IMG/VR virus record: IMGVR_UViG_3300025011_000016
Length of the DNA stretch: 64,000 nucleotides
Origin: a virus
Lineage: Duplodnaviria; Caudoviricetes
Direction: 5' to 3' (one strand)
The first letter of the stretch is position 1. Every line of letters begins with the position of its first letter. Shown here piece by piece: positions 59,702 to 64,000 of this stretch. Under the pieces are notes generated by a model. It saw nothing but the letters and a program-made list of their open reading frames with translations. It was not told where the DNA came from and ran no database searches. The position numbers and the translations under genes were made by a program.

Positions 59702-59731
59702 AAAGCCCTCTCCGCCTTGGAGGGGGCTTTT
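59702..59731. terminator. Bidirectional terminator
   Basis: AAAGCCCTCTCC-gcct-TGGAGGGGGCTTT. Confidence 0.75.
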
Positions 59732-59737
59732 TGCATA

Positions 59738-59899
59738 TTAGAAATTGAACAACCTCCCCAACAACTTACCCAACAACCTACGTTCCACTCGTTTTACTAC
59801 AGTCTCGCGCTTAACCGCATTTACATCCCCCAGAACCTTAGCCAAACCATATAGGATGCCTCTGGTTTTTCCGATTGTTAGACCTTTTTTCTTAGCCAT
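59738..59899 (-). CDS. 53-aa basic protein (not in the ORF track)
   Basis: MAKKKGLTIGKTRGILYGLAKVLGDVNAVK...; RBS AAGGTG. Confidence 0.55.
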   Translation of the reverse strand: MAKKKGLTIGKTRGILYGLAKVLGDVNAVKRETVVKRVERRLLGKLLGRLFNF

Positions 59900-60272
59900 T
59901 TTTAATCACCTTCTTTCTGACATAATCACTCATGGTCACATTGCTTGCGACGGCCGCTTCTCGTATGGCCTCCCATTCTGCATCGGTGAATTTAATATGG
60001 CGACTGATGCGAGGATTTTTGGATTTCTTTCGCCCGGATCCTTCGCGTTTTCCACCATGCCTTGTATTTTCTACCCAAACACCGTCTTCGACAACGTAAT
60101 CATTCTGGGAATTAACCCCGAACGATTGACCTTCCTGAGACGGCCTGAAATCTTCGCCTTCAAGTAATTCGTTTTTTCCATCCCATTGAGCTGGTTTTCC
60201 GTCGACATAACCGATCGTGTAGCCGCCATCGTCAACCAGTTTCTCGCAGAACATCCAGGTTTCAAATCTCAT
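59892..60272 (-). CDS. Protein with a C-terminal ribbon-helix-helix (MobC-like)
   Basis: HGGKREGSGRK...IKFTDAEWEAIREAA...MSDYVR. Confidence 0.6.
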   Translation of the reverse strand: MRFETWMFCEKLVDDGGYTIGYVDGKPAQWDGKNELLEGEDFRPSQEGQSFGVNSQNDYVVEDGVWVENTRHGGKREGSGRKKSKNPRISRHIKFTDAEWEAIREAAVASNVTMSDYVRKKVIKNG

Positions 60273-60274
60273 AG

Positions 60275-60649
60275 TTATTTCTCCTTCCTTTCAACGTATT
60301 TCCAAAAATCATGATGAAGTTCCGGTTTTCCCTTGAAAACATGATTACAACTACCAACACCAAGGACTCCAACCCCGGTGTAGTATAAGGTGCATATACC
60401 GATAGGCCCCATAAAAGTAAAATACCTATCAACGTGAGATGAACCACCAAAATCTTTATGATTGCGTGATACGGCCTGATGCTGGACATCAACATCCACT
60501 ATATATTTGTTTCCGTTTTCATCAGTAATCTCGACGAACTGGTGACATCCAACGCGCTGGTAGTAACATTTCTCCATTCCGCTATACGCCATCCATACTA
60601 CCGGATGTTCACTAATGCCTGTTATTTTCATTTTTAAAACCTCTTTCAC
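60275..60649 (-). CDS. Hypothetical protein
   Basis: 124-aa ORF in the minus-strand operon; true start probably MKITG. Confidence 0.55.
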   Translation of the reverse strand: MKEVLKMKITGISEHPVVWMAYSGMEKCYYQRVGCHQFVEITDENGNKYIVDVDVQHQAVSRNHKDFGGSSHVDRYFTFMGPIGICTLYYTGVGVLGVGSCNHVFKGKPELHHDFWKYVERKEK

Positions 60650-60685
60650 GTGCCGGGTGTTGGCTCCCGGCTGGCCTTTGAGTTA

Positions 60686-61069
60686 CTAAACCAAGTACGC
60701 TTGAAAAACTCCTTGGAAGTTCTTCTCTGCTACAGTACGAGCTATCAGTTTGTGGTTTTTTCCTGCATCCGTTACAAACTTTACAGTTACGTTTCCTTTT
60801 TTCACTCCTGGGATAACTTCAGTGATGGTAGCATTCTCGTACGCTACGTTGAAGGCTTTAGTTGTTGCCGAAATTCTAGCTCCGACAACCGCATTTAATG
60901 AAGTTAATGGTGTTTTCACGGCTTTTACTCCTTTCTTCAGCGATGCCCACAATGTCCGAAGTGCCAACGCTAAACGAGCCACATAATCCCCAACCATTTG
61001 CTTTGCTATCTTGTGGGCCTCAACCATCATTTCACGTTTACTTAATTTGATCTTCGTCATTGCGTGCAA
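60686..61069 (-). CDS. Hypothetical phage protein
   Basis: LSKREMMVEAHKIAK N-terminal motif common in phage accessory proteins; RBS AGGGG. Confidence 0.6.
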   Translation of the reverse strand: MHAMTKIKLSKREMMVEAHKIAKQMVGDYVARLALALRTLWASLKKGVKAVKTPLTSLNAVVGARISATTKAFNVAYENATITEVIPGVKKGNVTVKFVTDAGKNHKLIARTVAEKNFQGVFQAYLV

Positions 61070-61158
61070 CCCCTTTCTTTATCTTGATATAAGTATACAC
61101 CTTAACCAAATATATGTCAACACTTTTTTCAAGATTTCCATAAAATTTTACAAAATAA

Positions 61159-61187
61159 AAAGCCCTCGGCTCATTCCGGGGGCTTTT
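61159..61187 (-). terminator. Intrinsic terminator
   Basis: AAAAGCCCTCGG-ctcat-TCCGGGGGCTTTT. Confidence 0.7.
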
Positions 61188-61194
61188 TGTGGTT

Positions 61195-61527
61195 TTACTT
61201 TAAACCAAACTGTGCCTTCGTGTTCAACTTATTATTCTGGAACATAACGTTCGCGTTAGCTCCAATGTCACCCTCTCCTTTGTATGTGTACATAACCGTG
61301 TGCAGAGCCCCTCCCTTTGTTCCTGACTCGGACACCACTTCCCCCGGCCCGCCGATGATACTGGTTGCATCCTCGTAACTCATGCCTGTTGCGAGTTGGC
61401 CGAATTCAGCCTTTGTCATGGTCGGCTTGTTACCTGTCGTGGACGGAGCGTCCCCCATCGCGCCGATTGCTACCCCTAAAACTACTAGACCGACTACTCC
61501 GATCAATGCCTTTTTAATAAATCCCAT
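61195..61527 (-). CDS. DUF3862-like membrane-anchored protein
   Basis: N-terminal TM helix; MTKAEFGQLATGMSYED...IIGGPG...NANVMFQNNKLNTKAQFGL. Confidence 0.7.
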   Translation of the reverse strand: MGFIKKALIGVVGLVVLGVAIGAMGDAPSTTGNKPTMTKAEFGQLATGMSYEDATSIIGGPGEVVSESGTKGGALHTVMYTYKGEGDIGANANVMFQNNKLNTKAQFGLK

Positions 61528-61850
61528 GCAAATCTCTCCCTCGTTTTTTAAATAATGTGATAATTATACCACTAAGACCCCTGCCTTTAAATAGTAACGT
61601 TCGGACATTTCGCATCCCCCACCTTCCCCTACTCAACTCATCCCTGCGCAAATGCCCCTTTTTGCACAATTTCAGAGGGCTTGAGGGAGGTTGGCCGAAC
61701 AATCGGCTATATCATGTTGCTATAACGTTCGCTTTACCTTGTATCCCTTCTTGCGCTCCTTGGGACGAAACATAGGTATAGCTTCATGATGCTCTGGCAG
61801 CATGAAAATAAATAAGAGTGGGCCGAAAACAATTGCTAAAGTAATCCATG

Positions 61851-62066
61851 TCATGTTGTCACCTTGTCGGACATTGCCAACTTTATCACAAGGGATCGCA
61901 ACCGGTCTGCTTCTTCCTTTAATCGTTCTGTCTCACCCAACAACTCCGAGCAAGCCAAGTTTACAGCCGCATTCCTGCTTATCCCGCAGCCCTTAGCGTA
62001 AGCGTCTAAATCTTTCAAGAGTGGGGCAGAGAAGTGAATTAGTGCGGGCTTCTTTTTCTTTTCCAT
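61851..62066 (-). CDS. CopG-like ribbon-helix-helix protein
   Basis: LIHFSAPLLKDLDAYAKGCGISRNAAVN. Confidence 0.6.
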   Translation of the reverse strand: MEKKKKPALIHFSAPLLKDLDAYAKGCGISRNAAVNLACSELLGETERLKEEADRLRSLVIKLAMSDKVTT

Positions 62067-62128
62067 GCAACAGCCTCCCTATATCAACATGATATATATT
62101 TATGAGGGTTCGCGGAAAATATGACTGT

Positions 62129-62671
62129 TTACTTGCCAAAGAATCTCCACCAGGGTTTCTTGTTGCGTTGTTGTTGTATTAACTTGATATCATTGAGCCT
62201 TTGTAATACCTCGTTATCTCTAAGCTCTGCGCTCCTGCGGCCATCCTCGTCCTTCTCGTGAAGCTTCGTGAATCCTTCTTTGAATTCCGCCCTTATGTCC
62301 TCAAGTTCATCTTGAAGTTGGAGTATAATACGATTCTGCTTGGCTAGTTCTTCAAGCAAGGTATGGCGAATACTATGCACTAAATCTTCCTGTTGCGTTG
62401 CCTCGGTGCTGTTGTCAGGGGATTGTGCTACCAAATCAGTAACAACCCCAAATCGTTTTTCTAGTACCTCTATAATTTGATCATGGTCTAACTTTTTGGT
62501 ATAAGATGTCTTAATAATGTTCAGGATTTCAATGGTTGAATCCCTCTCGAATTTAGTAGTTTTACCTTCCCCTTGGGTATTGAAGTAGGGTAGATAGGTA
62601 TCTTTGTAATAGCGACAAGTGCTTATATTTATGTCTGTCAATTCCGAGCATTGCTTGAGCGTGAGATACAC
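62129..62671 (-). CDS. MerR-type HTH / coiled-coil protein (DUF3967-like)
   Basis: LTLKQCSELTDINISTCRYY; coiled coil; C-terminal KKPWWRFF. Confidence 0.7.
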   Translation of the reverse strand: MYLTLKQCSELTDINISTCRYYKDTYLPYFNTQGEGKTTKFERDSTIEILNIIKTSYTKKLDHDQIIEVLEKRFGVVTDLVAQSPDNSTEATQQEDLVHSIRHTLLEELAKQNRIILQLQDELEDIRAEFKEGFTKLHEKDEDGRRSAELRDNEVLQRLNDIKLIQQQRNKKPWWRFFGK

Positions 62672-62691
62672 GACTTATACACACCCTTTCC

Positions 62692-62823
62692 TGTGGATAA
62701 CCACCATTGTATTATTAATAAGATCAACTCTTGTAATAGTATATTTTGTGGGGAAAGATTCTTTCGGGGTCCCCGCAAAGTTCTTTCGGGGAGGGGGAAA
62801 GATTCTTTCGGGGTTGTGGATAA
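62692..62823. promoter_or_regulatory. Putative replication origin: two DnaA boxes, an AT-rich tract and three iterons
   Basis: TGTGGATAA at 62692 and 62815; GGGGAAAGATTCTTTCGGGG at 62750 and 62794; variant AAAGTTCTTTCGGGG at 62777. Confidence 0.65.
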
Positions 62824-62826
62824 CTT

Positions 62827-63213
62827 TTATCTCTCCCGCATCATCATTTCATAGATGGTATTTGGGCTTATTAACCCCTCTTTTACAGATCGTTCAAGGT
62901 GTTCTGTCTCTTCGGAGCAGAGAAAATACATAACCTTCTCGTCGCCCGGTATTCCAGCCTTAACAATCCATATGTAGCCGTGTTCCTCTAGCCATCGCAT
63001 CCCGGCTGTGATGCTCGGCCTTGATAGCTTTGTTAGCTTCAGGAGTTGAGGCATAGCTAGATAATCGCCAATTTTTTCCCATCCCCAACACTTTCGTATA
63101 AGGATAAAATAGCACTTCATGGCAGCTAGGTTTGTTATTTTAGGCATGAGTTGATCAAAGACAACATTTGGCACTTCGGTAAAATTTTTCTTCGGGCGTG
63201 GCAATCTGAACAC
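62827..63213 (-). CDS. Replication initiator N-terminal wHTH (phage Rep/O-like)
   Basis: NFTEVPNVVFD...YFILIRKCWGW.K..D.LAMPQL.KLTKLSRPSI..G..WLEEHGYI. Confidence 0.65.
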   Translation of the reverse strand: MFRLPRPKKNFTEVPNVVFDQLMPKITNLAAMKCYFILIRKCWGWEKIGDYLAMPQLLKLTKLSRPSITAGMRWLEEHGYIWIVKAGIPGDEKVMYFLCSEETEHLERSVKEGLISPNTIYEMMMRER

Positions 63214-63390
63214 GACAAAAAACTCCTATCGAATTAATTTAGGAATGGACAGGAGCCGTGCCTATGCTTTATAATAAAACCACAGCACAAAACAACCTAT
63301 CCAGCAAACCCCTTGAGATCACTTTAGCAGGTGGAATCTCAGGGGGTTTTCCTATTTTGCTTTAATTCGACAGGTTAACACTTCAATCCT

Positions 63391-63621
63391 TCAAATCCAA
63401 AGAATAACATGAATAGCTACACCCACAACGTAAACACAGGCTAGAAGTTTGAGCGTCACATACAGTATTGGTTTTCTCTCAGAGAATGGTAATTTTTCGA
63501 CATGATGATTATTTATATATTCCTGCATATACTCCGGATCTACTAATACCAAATCTTTATCAACAACTACATACTTAAAGAATCCTCCCAAGTCCTTAGA
63601 AACAACCACACAGCAAAACAT
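63391..63621 (-). CDS. Small membrane protein
   Basis: C-terminal hydrophobic helix; start uncertain. Confidence 0.35.
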   Translation of the reverse strand: MFCCVVVSKDLGGFFKYVVVDKDLVLVDPEYMQEYINNHHVEKLPFSERKPILYVTLKLLACVYVVGVAIHVILWI

Positions 63622-63749
63622 CCTTTCTATATTGTAATTTATCTTATAATTTCGGCAAATACTTTTAAAATCCTCTAGAATTTTCCTTATCGAGCATAAA
63701 GTAAGCAGGTATTTGACTTAACAAATACCCGCTTATAATTTTATAGTTA

Positions 63750-64000
63750 TTATTTAGATTTCATCTTTTTTATAGTTTCTAAAAGATCGCGAAGGAAGAT
63801 CGGGTCAATTTGTTCATCGTGTAATTCGCGGGCCAGTATAGCATATGGCAAGCTTTCGCGTGTAGCGAAGAACTCGACAATATCTTCCGGAGGCTCATAG
63901 TCTGATATCTTTATCATTTCCTCGAAGCTCAAGGCGTTATCATCCATAAAGAACCATGTGTTGGTATTAAGAGCTTTGGCTAACTTTTCCAACGCTTCAG
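63750..64000 (-). CDS. XRE-type repressor C-terminal part (5' end outside the window)
   Basis: LEKLAKALNTNTWFFM is the end of an XRE HTH; the frame runs off the window edge. Confidence 0.55.
   Translation of the reverse strand, partial: EALEKLAKALNTNTWFFMDDNALSFEEMIKISDYEPPEDIVEFFATRESLPYAILARELHDEQIDPIFLRDLLETIKKMKSK

Noticed and set aside
59745-60495. Plus-strand ORFs 59745..60167 and 60262..60495
   Set aside because: They overlap better-supported minus-strand genes that have RBSs and recognisable motifs.

Overview
Bases 1 to ~54,600 are an AT-rich segment of a jumbo phage of the phiKZ/AR9(PBS1)-like type that probably infects a Firmicute. They carry internal head protein paralogs, baseplate and tube-fold genes, a ~3,280-aa tape-measure-like protein, RusA, a HU-like protein, a multisubunit RNA polymerase beta-like subunit and a tandem array of 22-aa-repeat (DUF4116-like) genes. 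Late operons share an AACA-N6-TA promoter motif; several non-structural genes share a TATATATTAT motif. Seven related group I introns were mapped by hand (P1, P7, P9.0, omega-G and reading-frame checks). Six split the RNAP gene into seven exons (one only 20 nt; spliced product 1,476 aa) and one splits the baseplate wedge gene (spliced product 888 aa). The most unusual feature is the intron cargo. One RNAP intron has a normal HNH homing endonuclease in its P6a loop, and two others carry antisense, independently promoted cassettes at the same site: an ADP-ribosyltransferase-like gene, and a 20-aa peptide plus a 121-aa gene. The baseplate intron carries an IS200/IS605-family tnpB inserted into the P9.1 loop. 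From ~54,600 the sequence becomes visibly more GC-rich and looks like a temperate siphophage or phage-plasmid: tail, holin/amidase lysis, accessory genes, a Rep with iterons and DnaA boxes, and a probable repressor. This junction may be a true recombinant or an assembly chimera. All calls are from manual reading; no searches were run.
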